A DNA stretch of 32,000 bases from positions 302,324 to 334,323 of the forward strand of contig NZ_CP046206.1 in assembly GCF_012570145.1 (NCBI RefSeq), read 5' to 3'. The notes below the pieces were generated by a model. It made no database searches, was not told the origin of the DNA, and was given only the letters and a program-made list of their open reading frames with translations. Numbering within the stretch: the first letter of the stretch is position 1; the number at the start of each line of letters is the position of its first letter. Positions 31,397 through 32,000 of the stretch are shown in pieces. The position numbers were made by a program, and so were the translations under genes. Origin of the DNA: Enterobacteriaceae endosymbiont of Donacia provostii (GTDB lineage: Bacteria; Pseudomonadota; Gammaproteobacteria; Enterobacterales; Enterobacteriaceae).

Positions 31397-32000
31397 TTAA
31401 ATCAAACTAATATTCCAATTAATAGGTTTTTTTTTATGTAAAATTAAATATTTATTTGTTTTAGAAAAATGTTTACAAAAATTAAATCCTCTATGAAAAG
31501 ATAATGGTGAAGGATGTGATGTGGTTAATATTAAATGATCTGATGTAATTAAAATATGTTTTTTTTTTGCATATGTACCCCATAATAAAAAAACAATATT
31601 TTTATAGTAAAAATTAATTATTTTAATAACATTATTTGTAAAAATTTCCCAGCCTATATTAGCATGAGATTGTGGTTTTCCTTTTTCAACTGTTAATATA
31701 GAATTTAATAACATTACTCCTTCATTTACCCAATTTATTAAATATCCATGATTAGGTATAATAAAACTAGGTATATCGTATTTTATTGCTTTATAAATAT
31801 TTTTTAATGTAGGAGGTATTTTAATTTTTGGCATAACCGAAAAAGCAAAACCATTAGCTTGATTTACACCATAATATGGATCTTGACCAATAATAACTAC
31901 TTTTAAATTATTAAAATTTATTTTTTTAAAAATATTAAAAATATATTTTTTTTTAGGATAAATGATTTTATTATTATTTTTAATATCTATATAAATTTTT
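31397..32000 (-). CDS. ung: Uracil-DNA glycosylase (partial; the N-terminus lies beyond the window edge)
   Basis: The ORF-track protein contains LLNSILTV, LLWG and HPSPLS. The same frame stays open upstream of the listed Met to position 32000. There it encodes ...KVVIIGQDPYYGVNQANGFAFSV, the GQDPY catalytic motif, matching E. coli [23 protein letters not shown]. The real start is therefore outside the window. Confidence 0.95.
   Translation of the reverse strand, partial: KIYIDIKNNNKIIYPKKKYIFNIFKKINFNNLKVVIIGQDPYYGVNQANGFAFSVMPKIKIPPTLKNIYKAIKYDIPSFIIPNHGYLINWVNEGVMLLNSILTVEKGKPQSHANIGWEIFTNNVIKIINFYYKNIVFLLWGTYAKKKHILITSDHLILTTSHPSPLSFHRGFNFCKHFSKTNKYLILHKKKPINWNISLI

Noticed and set aside
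31832-31834. ATG listed as the start of the 145-aa ung ORF
   Set aside because: The frame stays open to the window edge, and the upstream codons encode the conserved GQDPY uracil-DNA glycosylase motif. This Met is internal.

Overview
This is an extremely AT-rich, gene-dense window, typical of the strongly reduced genome of an obligate, probably insect-associated, endosymbiont derived from Enterobacterales. The proteins align almost colinearly with E. coli orthologues, but the species cannot be assigned from this sequence alone. All 29 protein genes and both tRNA genes lie on the minus strand. The content is core housekeeping. In plus-strand coordinate order it is: pnp, rpsO, truB, rbfA, infB, nusA, tRNA-fMet, tRNA-Leu(GAG), secG, ftsH, rlmE, rpoC, rpoB, rplL, rplJ, rplA, rplK, nusG, secE, a single tuf, fusA, rpsG, rpsL, tusB, tusC, tusD, fkpA, asd, and ung, whose 5' end runs off the window. 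I found no mobile elements, CRISPR arrays, defence or toxin-like genes, or unexplained ORFs, and I see no evidence of a novel biological system. The plus-strand ORFs in the track are antisense shadows of real genes. The observations worth a second look are genome-reduction signatures. (1) A decayed glmM relic, with folP gone, sits in the roughly 500-nt secG-ftsH spacer. (2) NusA lacks its C-terminal AR2 domain, and a 230-nt spacer lies where that domain would be encoded. (3) rimP and argG are absent around the tRNA pair. (4) A single tuf gene joins the str operon to the secE-rpoBC cluster, as tufA/tufB recombination would produce. (5) Poly(A) runs of 14-15 nt lie inside essential genes (rpoB, rplJ). 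(6) A few long perfect palindromes lie just downstream of gene 3' ends, where canonical terminators are otherwise nearly absent.
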